A DNA stretch of 64,000 nt from Spirochaetota bacterium (GCA_963664815.2 CAXXHB010000003.1:1824001-1888000); one strand, 5' to 3'; counted from the first letter of the stretch, positions 37,785 through 47,560 are shown. The notes: generated by a model from the sequence alone, not told the origin. Translations and numbers: made by a program.

Positions 37785-37988
37785 ATGCAGAAAACCTACA
37801 AGTGTAAAAACAATCATAAGTTTAAAAAGGATGAAGCCCCGGGTGTCATATGCCCGACATGTAATGAACCTGCAGAAATGGTTAAATGGCAGAACGTGGA
37901 CTCCCTTGAAGCAAATAAAAAGGGGCTTGGTTTAATGGAAGAGTTCGGTTCCGTTGTAAAAGAACTGAAGGGCGGCAAAAGAAAATAG
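37785..37988 (+). CDS. Small Zn-ribbon protein
   Basis: YKCKNNHKF...CPTC; GAGGTG RBS. Confidence 0.7.
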   Translation: MQKTYKCKNNHKFKKDEAPGVICPTCNEPAEMVKWQNVDSLEANKKGLGLMEEFGSVVKELKGGKRK

Positions 37989-38138
37989 CTTATTTATCCG
38001 GATTGACTGGAGTTTATACTTGTGAATTAATTATTGACATTAAAAGATAAAAGATTAATTAGATACAGGGAAAGATATAGCTGATTTTAAAAGAATATAC
38101 ATTTATGTATATTATAAGGATTCAGTCCGGAAACCTAA

Positions 38139-39410
38139 ATGAAATATAACAATGTTATACTTAGCCAGTGTCTTGAGGCCCTGGGGCTTGTGCTTGAATA
38201 TGATCTGAATGACAATTCAGCTCATCAGCATGCTATCAGGGTGGGAGAGATGTGTGCTATCATTGCGGAAAAAGTCGGACTAGCCCCTGACAAAATCCAG
38301 CAGATTTATTATGCCGGTCTTATCCATGATATAGGTAAAATAGCTATAGATATTAATATCCTCGGCCAGAAGAGAGAGTTGACGAAGGAAGAATTTGAAA
38401 TTGTTAAAACACATTCTGTAACCGGGGGGAAAATTGCTGCAACACTTCCGGAGCTCAGCGATCTGGCATTCTGGATAAGGTGGCACCATGAAAAATGGGA
38501 TGGAACCGGATACCCGGATGGATTAGCAGGGGCCGAGATACCAATTGAGGTGCAGATACTCAGCGCTGTAGACTGCTTCGATTCACTTCAGACATCGAGG
38601 CTTGACAGGGAAAAACTCTCCGCAGAAGAATCTGAGCGTGTCATCAAAGAGCAGAGGGGGACATCCTTTAATCCGGTTATAGTCGACATGATATCAGATA
38701 TGATCTGGAAAAAAGAAATTGTTCCGGGAAAGTCATCAGATAAGTTCCTTCAGATAAAAGAGAAATATATAAACAGGGATTATATAAGCGGTCCCGATGA
38801 TTCCTGGACAGGCTGGGGTATGTCCGGCATTTACCCTATATTGAAACTTTTTGCCAGGGTAATTGATGCTAAACATGGTTATACGCAGGGGCATTCCACA
38901 AGGGTGTCGATACTTTCAAAATTTATAGCCAAGAAAGCGGGGCTCCCTGCCGCCGATGTTATAAAAGTTGAAATTGCCGGCCTTCTGCATGATGCCGGAA
39001 AAATAAGCATCCCGCACGATGTTCTTGATAAAAAGAACACTCCCGATTCAAATGAATGGGAAATAATTAAAAACCATCCGATGCATTCTTATAACATTCT
39101 GAAAAATATCAATCTGATGAATGAAATAGCGGATATAACAAAACAGCATCATGAAAGGCTCGATGGTTCCGGTTATCCAAATGGTTACAGTGAAAACAAA
39201 ATAGATCTCCTGGCGCAGATAATAGCAATATCTGATTCATTCGACGCAATGACAAGCAACCGTGCATATCGCGAGATGTGCAATGTGGAATCGGCTTTTC
39301 GTGATCTGATTAAAGGTTCAGGCACACTTTATAATAGTGAATTCGTCAAAGTACTTACGGGTACACCGGCTTATTATATCAAAGCGCTTTTTGATATGAA
39401 TATAGATTGA
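38139..39410 (+). CDS. Tandem HD-GYP phosphodiesterase
   Basis: Two HD motifs (HDIGK, HDAGK) and two HHE..DG.GYP motifs. Confidence 0.92.
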   Translation: MKYNNVILSQCLEALGLVLEYDLNDNSAHQHAIRVGEMCAIIAEKVGLAPDKIQQIYYAGLIHDIGKIAIDINILGQKRELTKEEFEIVKTHSVTGGKIAATLPELSDLAFWIRWHHEKWDGTGYPDGLAGAEIPIEVQILSAVDCFDSLQTSRLDREKLSAEESERVIKEQRGTSFNPVIVDMISDMIWKKEIVPGKSSDKFLQIKEKYINRDYISGPDDSWTGWGMSGIYPILKLFARVIDAKHGYTQGHSTRVSILSKFIAKKAGLPAADVIKVEIAGLLHDAGKISIPHDVLDKKNTPDSNEWEIIKNHPMHSYNILKNINLMNEIADITKQHHERLDGSGYPNGYSENKIDLLAQIIAISDSFDAMTSNRAYREMCNVESAFRDLIKGSGTLYNSEFVKVLTGTPAYYIKALFDMNID

Positions 39411-39521
39411 TGAAGTTCTTCAGGCTGCATTAACCTCTTTCATGAAACGACTATTTAAAGATATAAATTTTCCGGCGTTAAGACTTTAATATGTATTTTA
39501 TTGAAACTCTCTGAATTAATA

Positions 39522-40166
39522 TTACCGGAATATAAGTCTGATGGTTTCTTCAGAAGCATATCCCTCTTCATAGATATATTTTGTCTCAATTTTTACATCA
39601 GTGTTTGAGTGTTTTATATTATGGCCGATAAGCCTCATCCGTTCATCGTATACCGGTTTCATAATCATGATATATTTATCCGTTTTATTGAATATAATGA
39701 GGTCTGTTAAACCGTTTTTATATCTGAAATCTATTGTCTGGAACAGGATATTCCCGGGTTTATAATAACTGACTTTATCAATTTTATTATCAGTGTAATT
39801 TATCCTTACATATTCAAGAAGTATCTCCTGTGGTGAATAAACCTCTTCACCGTAAATAAGGCCCGTTTCATTATAATAATACCTTCTTGTCTTAATCAAA
39901 ATACCTGAGGGATCATATGATCTTTCAAGCATCAGTCTGTTTTCCGGATTGTACTTGTACCTGGAATAATCTGTAAGCCGGCCGCTGCTGAAGGATGACA
40001 TCTTTATAACATATCCATTTTTGTTATATTCGATTTTAACTGTCGATGATAGATGTGATTCGACGTAAAACTGCAATTCACATGGCCTTGTATTAATATC
40101 GCTCCCGTTAAGAACGGATGATAAAATGAATGTTAATAAAATAATATAAACAGATCGCAGTTTCAA
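39522..40166 (-). CDS. Exported protein with YD/RHS-like beta repeats
   Basis: Signal peptide; repeated Y.Y...G units. Confidence 0.6.
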   Translation of the reverse strand: MKLRSVYIILLTFILSSVLNGSDINTRPCELQFYVESHLSSTVKIEYNKNGYVIKMSSFSSGRLTDYSRYKYNPENRLMLERSYDPSGILIKTRRYYYNETGLIYGEEVYSPQEILLEYVRINYTDNKIDKVSYYKPGNILFQTIDFRYKNGLTDLIIFNKTDKYIMIMKPVYDERMRLIGHNIKHSNTDVKIETKYIYEEGYASEETIRLIFR

Positions 40167-40184
40167 TTCAGTACCTCTCAGGAC

Positions 40185-40838
40185 TTATAATAGTTTCAGT
40201 AAATCAGAGGGCGCTTTTATCATCATTCTGGCGCCATGTTCCATAAGTTCATCGGCATTTCTGAATCCCCATAAAGCCCCAACCGGGTACATGCCGGCGT
40301 TTATTGCAGTTTCCATATCTGATCCTGAATCACCGAGATAGATTATTTCATCAGGTGATATGCCGAGAATGCTTATAATTTCAAATGCAGATGCCGGGTC
40401 AGGCTTGCGGGGGATGTTTTCCCGTTCTCCAAAAACAGCTTCGAATTTCCACCGTCCAAGGAATTTATCAACTATCTTCAGTGTAAGTGCATGCATCTTG
40501 TTTGAAAGTACTGCAAGCTTTAAGCCATTGGCGGTAAGTTCATCGAGAAGTTCCGGTATGCCTTCATAAGGGAGAGTTCTGTCGCCCCATCTGCTGCCGT
40601 ATTCCTCAAACATTTTGTCAAGGCATTCTTCAATTGTTGATTCATTCCTGTACTCATGTGGCAGAACATTAATTACAAGATTTCGAAGCCCTTTTCCGAC
40701 AAAATATTTATATTCAGGAATTTCGTGAATGGGTAATCCCTTTGATTCAAGAACAGCATTCATTGAATTACCAAGATCATCGATTGTGTTGAGAAGTGTT
40801 CCGTCAAGATCGAAAACAACAGCTTTATATCTGTTCAC
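40185..40838 (-). CDS. HAD family hydrolase (phosphoglycolate phosphatase-like)
   Basis: FDLDGTL, LSNK, KPDP and YLGDS.SD. Confidence 0.92.
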   Translation of the reverse strand: MNRYKAVVFDLDGTLLNTIDDLGNSMNAVLESKGLPIHEIPEYKYFVGKGLRNLVINVLPHEYRNESTIEECLDKMFEEYGSRWGDRTLPYEGIPELLDELTANGLKLAVLSNKMHALTLKIVDKFLGRWKFEAVFGERENIPRKPDPASAFEIISILGISPDEIIYLGDSGSDMETAINAGMYPVGALWGFRNADELMEHGARMMIKAPSDLLKLL

Positions 40839-41167
40839 CGTTTTACCTTATCAGTTTATAATTAAATTAAGAAATTTTTTATAATAGAAAATGCTTCAAT
40901 CTCACCGCTACCCCTGGCGGCTGCGAGATTGTTCAGTTAAACTGTTATGAATATAAGATTGATGCAAATTATACATTTAAAGAAATAAAATCAATTGAAT
41001 TAGTAAATAGTTATGTAATTTCTGAATTTTCAGGGATTGCCGAACCTGTGCAGAGTCAGTTAAATAGAAAATTAATTTGATATTTTAGTATATTTTAAAA
41101 TATTCTACTAATAAAAATCTGATAAATTCCGAAAATATAATGAGACATAACTGCAGGGAGGTGCGAT

Positions 41168-41542
41168 ATGACAGCAATTCGATTTCCTAATTCAGTTGGT
41201 ATTGGAAGCGGCGGCGGCAGAACAGACAGCCACCATGAAACCAGAGGTGTCAGGGGTTTGATTAAAAGCCATAAAAGCAGCGATGTAATTGAGATTTCAA
41301 CTGAAGCAAAAAACAGATTTGCGAAAGACAACCTTATAAGGCTTGAAAAGGTCAAGCTGATGAAGGAGGCAAAGGATTACAGGATTGAGTTAAATGAAGA
41401 GCTGAAATTCAAAGAGGCTGATCTCCGGAATGTTTACAGAATGATAAAAATATCGGATGCGAAAAGTAAACTTAAGGAAGGTTTCTTTGATCTTTATGAA
41501 GATTATATTATTAAAAAGATTATCAATAAACCGGAAATATGA
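41168..41542 (+). CDS. Hypothetical protein with FlgM-like features
   Basis: D.IEISTEAK...RLEKVK; GGGAGG RBS. Confidence 0.45.
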   Translation: MTAIRFPNSVGIGSGGGRTDSHHETRGVRGLIKSHKSSDVIEISTEAKNRFAKDNLIRLEKVKLMKEAKDYRIELNEELKFKEADLRNVYRMIKISDAKSKLKEGFFDLYEDYIIKKIINKPEI

Positions 41543-41551
41543 TGTAATATT

Positions 41552-41585
41552 TCAGAATCCGGAGCCTCAGGACTCCGGATTCTGA
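41552..41585. repeat. Perfect 13-bp inverted repeat (terminator or REP-like)
   Basis: TCAGAATCCGGAG-8nt-CTCCGGATTCTGA. Confidence 0.7.
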
Positions 41586-41595
41586 CAAGGATTGT

Positions 41596-41985
41596 ATGAT
41601 TAATAAAGATATTGTAAATTTTGCTGTTAACATTTTAGGGTGCCAGTGTGACAACAGCGTATTCAGCTCTATCGAAAAATATGACAACATTCTGCTAAAC
41701 TGCGGTATAAGGCTTAAGAATAAAATTATCATTGGTAAAAGGCTGATGATCTATATTGCCGATGAAACTTCACTCAGTCCGAAAGATGTCTGGAAAGTTA
41801 TTATTGATGGTAAAACGGAAAGAGACAGCATGATGTATAACAGGTTACGGATTGTCATTGTTGCAGACAGGATAAATGAAATCGCGCCTGTTTATTATAG
41901 TGAATTTGACGGTATTAAAGAAAAAGATGAAAGAATTCATATACATGTAATAAGGGCGGAGGACTCAATCAGGGATAATGTATGA
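41596..41985 (+). CDS. Conserved hypothetical protein
   Basis: LGCQC...VF...IGKRLMIY...G..ERD...YNRLRIV...DERIHIH. Confidence 0.7.
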   Translation: MINKDIVNFAVNILGCQCDNSVFSSIEKYDNILLNCGIRLKNKIIIGKRLMIYIADETSLSPKDVWKVIIDGKTERDSMMYNRLRIVIVADRINEIAPVYYSEFDGIKEKDERIHIHVIRAEDSIRDNV

Positions 41986-42095
41986 CAATCACCTGATTGA
42001 GTTTCCGGTTAAAATTTAATAGTTTCTGTGTGTGTGGTTTGACGCTTAATTGTTATTATGTTTAACAGAATATTAAACTCCGGACAGGAATGGGA

Positions 42096-43310
42096 TCATT
42101 GTTTTGCAGATTCCTCTTCTATAACCTCTCCGAGACGCATAATTCCCTCTTCAATATCTGACGGTGATGAGAAGCTGAAATTAAGCCTCATTTCATTTTC
42201 TCCACCCTGACCGGGATAAAATGAATTTCCTGAAACATATGCGACATTGCGTTTAAGCGCTTTTTCATGCATTGTCATGGTGTTGATATTTTCCGGGAAC
42301 TTAAGCCACAGGAATAAACCTCCCCCCGGTGTTTCATATAAAGCCGACGGAATAATTCTGTCTATTGCATCTGTCATAAGATCACGTTTATCTCTGTATA
42401 TCTTTTTAACCCTCTCAATCTGCTCATATATTGATCCGGTGTCTATAAACTCATGAATAACAAATTGCGACATTGTATGGCTGCATGTGTCTTCCCCCTG
42501 TTTGGCTATTGTGCATCGTCGTACGGTTTCCTCCTGAGCGTTCAGCCATCCTGTCCGCATGCCTGGGGAAACTGTCTTGGAGAATGAACCGAGGTAGACA
42601 ATCCGTTTTTCAGTATCTATATTCTTAAACGGTACAACATGTTTGTTATCATATCGTATCATTCCGTAGGGATCATCTTCGACAATCATTAAATCATGTT
42701 TTGATGCAACAGAATAAATAGCTTTCCTGCGGGAGTTATCCACAGTAATTCCTGTGGGATTATGAATTGAAGGAATGGTGTAAATAAATCTCGGTTTTTT
42801 CCCGGCAATGATTAACTCGCATATTTTTTTATCAAGCTCCACAGGGTCCATTCCGCTATTGCCTATGGCGAGCGGATGTATCTCTGCCATAAATGAACGG
42901 AAACAGCTTATCGCACCGACGAAGGTAGGGTTTTCCGTGATAACGGCATCTCCCGGATTGAGAAGTACTTTGCATAAAAGGTAGAGTGCCTGCTGAGAGC
43001 CGCTTGTTACAAGTATATTGTCGGGCGATGCTGAAAGGCCGTAAATATGGTACATCAGATCACATATTGATTCGCGCAGCGGGGTGTATCCTTCAGTGGT
43101 TCCATATTGAAACACCGATGATCCATGCTCTGCTATTGTTCTGTCTATTATATCTTTCAGTTCTTCAAGAGGGAAGGCTTCCGGTCCGGGTAACCCTCCC
43201 GCGAAACTTATCATCTGCGGGTTGCCGGTGAGTTTCATCATATCACGGATTGCGGATGATTTCATATTGAGGGATGAATGGGAATAAACTGGGGTATAAT
43301 GGTCATTCAT
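42096..43310 (-). CDS. PLP-dependent class I/II aminotransferase (LysN/ARO8-like)
   Basis: ISFAGGLP, QYGTTEG, SGSQQAL, HNPTG, EDDPY, GSFSKT.SPGMRTGW and MRLNFS. Confidence 0.92.
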   Translation of the reverse strand: MNDHYTPVYSHSSLNMKSSAIRDMMKLTGNPQMISFAGGLPGPEAFPLEELKDIIDRTIAEHGSSVFQYGTTEGYTPLRESICDLMYHIYGLSASPDNILVTSGSQQALYLLCKVLLNPGDAVITENPTFVGAISCFRSFMAEIHPLAIGNSGMDPVELDKKICELIIAGKKPRFIYTIPSIHNPTGITVDNSRRKAIYSVASKHDLMIVEDDPYGMIRYDNKHVVPFKNIDTEKRIVYLGSFSKTVSPGMRTGWLNAQEETVRRCTIAKQGEDTCSHTMSQFVIHEFIDTGSIYEQIERVKKIYRDKRDLMTDAIDRIIPSALYETPGGGLFLWLKFPENINTMTMHEKALKRNVAYVSGNSFYPGQGGENEMRLNFSFSSPSDIEEGIMRLGEVIEEESAKQ

Positions 43311-43419
43311 AAAAGGAACCTCCGCGCCGATAACAGGGGGTGTTTTTAATTATAATATTAAATGCTGCTGTTTTAACTGATGCGGCTTTTGAAGATTTGA
43401 TTGCTGCTGACTTTTTCAT
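43303..43419 (-). CDS. Second Ala/Ile-rich leader peptide (38 aa)
   Basis: AAGGAG RBS; MKKSAAIKSSKAASVKTAAFNIIIKNTPCYRRGGSFYE; overlaps the aminotransferase RBS and start. Confidence 0.6.
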   Translation of the reverse strand: MKKSAAIKSSKAASVKTAAFNIIIKNTPCYRRGGSFYE

Positions 43420-43467
43420 GACAGACTCCTTTATTGTTTTTTATAATGATTCGCAAAAATTTTAACC

Positions 43468-43495
43468 AAAAAAAAGCCCGCTTAATAAGCGGGCT
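43468..43495 (-). terminator. Attenuator terminator upstream of the aminotransferase
   Basis: AGCCCGCTT-ATT-AAGCGGGCT followed by a T run on the minus strand. Confidence 0.85.
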
Positions 43496-43520
43496 CTGTT
43501 TCATAAATATTTATATATAT

Positions 43521-43613
43521 TCAGGAATTTACCCGCAGAGGAATACCGCTGTCGATAGCCGCAGCTGCCGCAGTAATAATAATGCTAATGAATATACAAT
43601 CTGATTTTATCAT
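43521..43613 (-). CDS. Ile/Ala-rich attenuator leader peptide (30 aa)
   Basis: MIKSDCIFISIIITAAAAAIDSGIPLRVNS; contains GCGGGT complementary to the terminator 5' arm. Confidence 0.75.
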   Translation of the reverse strand: MIKSDCIFISIIITAAAAAIDSGIPLRVNS

Positions 43614-43620
43614 ATTAATA

Positions 43621-43650
43621 ACATTAATAAATATGAGGCATAACTGTCAA
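43621..43650 (-). promoter_or_regulatory. Sigma70-type promoter of the attenuated leader
   Basis: TTGACA-18-TAATGT, 7 nt upstream of the leader ATG; no SD. Confidence 0.65.
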
Positions 43651-43926
43651 TATATAAAGTTCATATAAATAAAAAATTGATTTGAACAGGCAAATTTTAA
43701 TTCTGCTTAGACCTGATATTTTATGACAAAGTTCCTGATTTCTATATTTTTTTCCTGTTTCTATGTATTTTATTTGAAAATTTTTAACTCAAGGGTTAAA
43801 TTAACTAATAAAGTGCTTGATTTTAAAAAACCGGATTAACAAAAATGTTACAACAAAAACCTGGTATTTAATAATTTTTACCACAAATTCACCACAAATT
43901 TTTAAAATTCTGGCGGTTTAAATCAT

Positions 43927-44436
43927 ATGAAGCTACTTCGTTTTTTATTTATAATCATAACAGGTTTCTTATTTCTGACGATCAATACCCCGGTGAACGG
44001 AGAGGTTTTAAAAGGAACAGTGGCTCCGGTTTTTAATCTCAGAACGCCGAGAGGGGAGCTTGTGAAACCATTCCAGAGCCAGAAGCCTATGATAATAAGT
44101 TTCTTTTTTACAGATTGTCCGAATTGTAAAATTGAGCTGAAGGCCCTTGAACAGTTTTATCTGAATAATGGTGACAAGGTTGCGGTTTTCATTGTAGGTA
44201 CTTCATTTAAAAAGGATGTTGATGTAGCTGAAGATGTAGATGCCTTTATCAGGGATCTCGGAATAAACATTACTCCTCTTGTAGATAAATATAAAGATGT
44301 GATCAGAACTTATGGTGTTTCAAAATATCCGTCGCTTTTTTTTCTTAACAGTAAGGGGGAGGTTGTTTTTAAATCTGAAGTTTACAGCGAAAAAACAATC
44401 TCTGAGCTTGAAAAACAGTTAAAAACAGTAAAATAA
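43927..44436 (+). CDS. Exported TlpA/AhpC-TSA thioredoxin-fold protein
   Basis: Signal peptide; APVFNL...FF.TDCPNCK.EL; YGV..YP. Confidence 0.85.
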   Translation: MKLLRFLFIIITGFLFLTINTPVNGEVLKGTVAPVFNLRTPRGELVKPFQSQKPMIISFFFTDCPNCKIELKALEQFYLNNGDKVAVFIVGTSFKKDVDVAEDVDAFIRDLGINITPLVDKYKDVIRTYGVSKYPSLFFLNSKGEVVFKSEVYSEKTISELEKQLKTVK

Positions 44437-44450
44437 CACGAGGACTTTCC

Positions 44451-45728
44451 ATGATTAAGAAGATATCCATAGTATTGTTGTCAGTAATGACAGTGTTCTG
44501 CAGTGTTTCGTATGCTGCAAAAGTGCAAAAAAAGAATATTTTTATTAAACCCTTCACTGTGGACGGTAAGGGCGTATCCATGGATTTCACAGATTATATG
44601 TCTGAAGTAATTGTTGAGTATGAAGAGTATAATCTTATTTCAGAAGAGGATGTAAGCGCCCAGAAATCGGCTATTGAAGGTAAAATGGCATCCTCCTCTT
44701 CAGATGTTGATAATGACGCATCAATGAAAGCATTAATGGAGGCTGTCGATTCTGATAGTATAATCTTCGGTACCATAGACAAAAATGATGACGGGTCTCT
44801 GACTGTAATGGGGCGTATTCTTGACCGTAAAACCGGAATCGGCAAAGGGAAAACAATAAAGGTAAAAAGGGCCAGGTATCTGGATATAGCAGCGAGGGCG
44901 CTGGCACACTATCTTATAACAAAAAAAGATTCATATCTTGATGAACTTAAGGAAGATATGGAAGATAAAGAAAAGGGCGTCGCCAAGGCTGAAAAGAAAC
45001 GTAGAAACACGCTGCTCGGAATCGAATCAGATTTTGAAGGTCAGAATGAAACGGTTGCAAAATCACCTTTTATCAGGGTCGGGTACAGCGGTATCGGCGG
45101 CAGTTCATATATTAATGATAAGAAGGTAAATGAATACTATCCGAAAGCCCAGGTGCTTTCTGCTGATCTCTTTGTATACAGGTCAAGGGATATTGTAGGT
45201 GATGGCGTTGATATATATTCAAAATTCATGTACAAGAAGTTTTCATCTGATGATGCGTCAGTCGAAAAGTTTAAGACTGATATGACTGCGCTTAACCTGA
45301 CGACCAATAATGAGAAACTGGCCGGCCAATATCTGATACCTTCCGGCAATACGCTGAAAGAACTTGAAATGATACAGAAGAGCATTGATATCGGCTTCAG
45401 ATTTGTAGGGACATCATATTTTTTAAACGAAGCATGGTCTTTATATATGATGTTCGGTGGAAGGTATATGCAGGTTACTGAAACATACAAAACAACGAAT
45501 TCCATGTTGTTACCGGAAGATTTTAAGAAAAATTTTACCGGCATAGGGGGAGTAGCCGGTTTAGGGTTAGAGGTGACTATAAACAGGTATATGGGGTTAT
45601 TTGCCGAGGTTAATGCCGGTTATGTTCCTATCGGAGACAATAAATTAAATTATGACGGATATCAGCTGATTGTAGGGGCAACACTCAGAAACAGTCACAC
45701 TGAATATCCATTCCTTGGTATTCTGTAA
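44451..45728 (+). CDS. Putative outer-membrane protein (CsgG/DUF2380-like N-domain, coiled coil, beta-barrel)
   Basis: Signal peptide; IIFGTI; alternating C-terminal strands GGVAGLGLEV, GLFAEVN and GATLR. Confidence 0.6.
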   Translation: MIKKISIVLLSVMTVFCSVSYAAKVQKKNIFIKPFTVDGKGVSMDFTDYMSEVIVEYEEYNLISEEDVSAQKSAIEGKMASSSSDVDNDASMKALMEAVDSDSIIFGTIDKNDDGSLTVMGRILDRKTGIGKGKTIKVKRARYLDIAARALAHYLITKKDSYLDELKEDMEDKEKGVAKAEKKRRNTLLGIESDFEGQNETVAKSPFIRVGYSGIGGSSYINDKKVNEYYPKAQVLSADLFVYRSRDIVGDGVDIYSKFMYKKFSSDDASVEKFKTDMTALNLTTNNEKLAGQYLIPSGNTLKELEMIQKSIDIGFRFVGTSYFLNEAWSLYMMFGGRYMQVTETYKTTNSMLLPEDFKKNFTGIGGVAGLGLEVTINRYMGLFAEVNAGYVPIGDNKLNYDGYQLIVGATLRNSHTEYPFLGIL

Positions 45729-45762
45729 AAATCGAAATGATTATTAAACGGGGACTTGCATT

Positions 45763-47013
45763 ATGAAAAAAATATTTTATATACTGACAGCGACAATTGT
45801 GATAATGGCAAATATACCTGCATTAACTGCTGCAGAGAAGAGTATAATCTATGTAAAGAATTTTACTATAGATACCGCCAGCGGATTAAAGGAAAATGAT
45901 CCTGTAAAAAATGAAGTAAAGAACATTATACAGGATGAGTTTGAAAAGGATGGAAGATTTTCTGTAACGGCGGATCAGGATATATCTGCCATGCTTCAGC
46001 AGGAGGCTAAAAGTCAGAGTTTTGGAAAGTGCTCTTCTGAAAGCTGTATTCAGGAACTTATGGAAAAGATTAAAGCGCAGGTTATTGTTTTCGGAAGGAT
46101 AAGAAAGGGTGATGACGGCTATACTTATATTACTGCCCGTTATATGGACAGCACCTCAGGCATACCGAAAGTTACAAAAATCAGGACAATTAAATATAAA
46201 CACAGTGATGATGTTGAAAAGGGCTCAAAAGCGCTGGCGCGCTATCTCATCACAGGCAAGGATGACAAGGTTATAGCTTTTATGGATGAAGTATATAACA
46301 GGGAAGAGGATGAATCCAAATCAAAAAACATCGAGGAAGAGAAACAGCTCGCGAAAAAGAAGGAAGCAGAGTATAATGCGAAGGTGGAAAAGGCCGCAAA
46401 AGAGAGAAAAAATGCCTTAATGTCCCGCTCTCCGCGCTTAAGGGCCGGTTACGGTTTTTTTATGTCAACAGGCAACAAAGATGTGGATGATGTTTTCAAG
46501 GAACAGTCCGGCTATTTTCTGGATATCATGTTTGCAAGAGGCCCTATAAACGAACGTTTTAACCGCGACTGTTATTTCAGGTTTATATACAAAAAATACG
46601 GCATGAACGATGATTCCATTAAATCAAAACCTGTATTGGGAAAAGATGCAATAAATGACAGTACCGGAAAATTTTATGGAATGGACTTCGGCTTCAGGCT
46701 GAAAATAAACAGGTATTTTATGCTCACCGCCTTTGATCCATACGCCCTTGCAGGTATCAGAACCGGGTGGTATACTGAAAAGGCAAAAGACAAATATGAT
46801 AATTCAGATTTAAAGGTTACACTTGGAGGATACGGCGGTTACGTTGGCGGTGGAATGGAGTTTGCTTTCTTTGAAAACCTCGGGTTCTTCGGAGAGTATA
46901 ACCGGGGAATATTCAAGATCGGAAAAGATAAAACAAATATTGAAGGTAACCAGTTCTACGGCGGTGTAACACTGAGAACAGAGATAGAAGAAAGAAGTTC
47001 TTCAAGGTACTAA
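45763..47013 (+). CDS. Paralogous putative outer-membrane protein
   Basis: Same layout; CSSESC; ALARYLIT vs ALAHYLIT; GGYVGGGMEF, GFFGEYN and GVTLR. Confidence 0.6.
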   Translation: MKKIFYILTATIVIMANIPALTAAEKSIIYVKNFTIDTASGLKENDPVKNEVKNIIQDEFEKDGRFSVTADQDISAMLQQEAKSQSFGKCSSESCIQELMEKIKAQVIVFGRIRKGDDGYTYITARYMDSTSGIPKVTKIRTIKYKHSDDVEKGSKALARYLITGKDDKVIAFMDEVYNREEDESKSKNIEEEKQLAKKKEAEYNAKVEKAAKERKNALMSRSPRLRAGYGFFMSTGNKDVDDVFKEQSGYFLDIMFARGPINERFNRDCYFRFIYKKYGMNDDSIKSKPVLGKDAINDSTGKFYGMDFGFRLKINRYFMLTAFDPYALAGIRTGWYTEKAKDKYDNSDLKVTLGGYGGYVGGGMEFAFFENLGFFGEYNRGIFKIGKDKTNIEGNQFYGGVTLRTEIEERSSSRY

Positions 47014-47037
47014 CGGGAAAGGATACAGAGGTTTAAT

Positions 47038-47463
47038 ATGAAAAAAATATCGATATTAATAACGGCAATAATGGCATTACTTGTTTTATCATGCGGGGAT
47101 GGAGACATGCTTGACCCTGCAAAAGGTATAGATTCACTGGGAGATACAACACTTCTTTATGGAACAGTTAAAACAAGCTCCTATTCTCCAACACCAACAT
47201 ATGTTTTGGTTTATAAAACTAACAGTAATTCTTATATACTGGCGAAAATACCGATAGTTAACGGAGAATATGCAGCAAGAGTGAATTTATCAAGTATAAC
47301 TAACTATTGCTATTTACACCTTGCTTCTGGTACCACTATTGCCAATGAAGTGAGTACTACAACATATCCCAGTTCCAAGAAACAATTTTATTCCAATGGG
47401 TCAGTTGACTACGACAGCGATAGACAGAGTGAGTTTGATACTATGTATGAATGGAATTTTTAG
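47038..47463 (+). CDS. Lipoprotein
   Basis: MKK-hydrophobic-VLSC lipobox. Confidence 0.75.
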   Translation: MKKISILITAIMALLVLSCGDGDMLDPAKGIDSLGDTTLLYGTVKTSSYSPTPTYVLVYKTNSNSYILAKIPIVNGEYAARVNLSSITNYCYLHLASGTTIANEVSTTTYPSSKKQFYSNGSVDYDSDRQSEFDTMYEWNF

Positions 47464-47505
47464 TTAAACTGAAACATTAAATAATACTTATATTTTAAGA
47501 TTATA

Positions 47506-47539
47506 AAAAAACCGGTTCAATAAAATGGACCGGTTTTTT
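47506..47539. terminator. Bidirectional intrinsic terminator
   Basis: AAAAAACCGGTTCA...TGGACCGGTTTTTT. Confidence 0.8.
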
Positions 47540-47560
47540 AATTTACGAAATATTTAGGCC

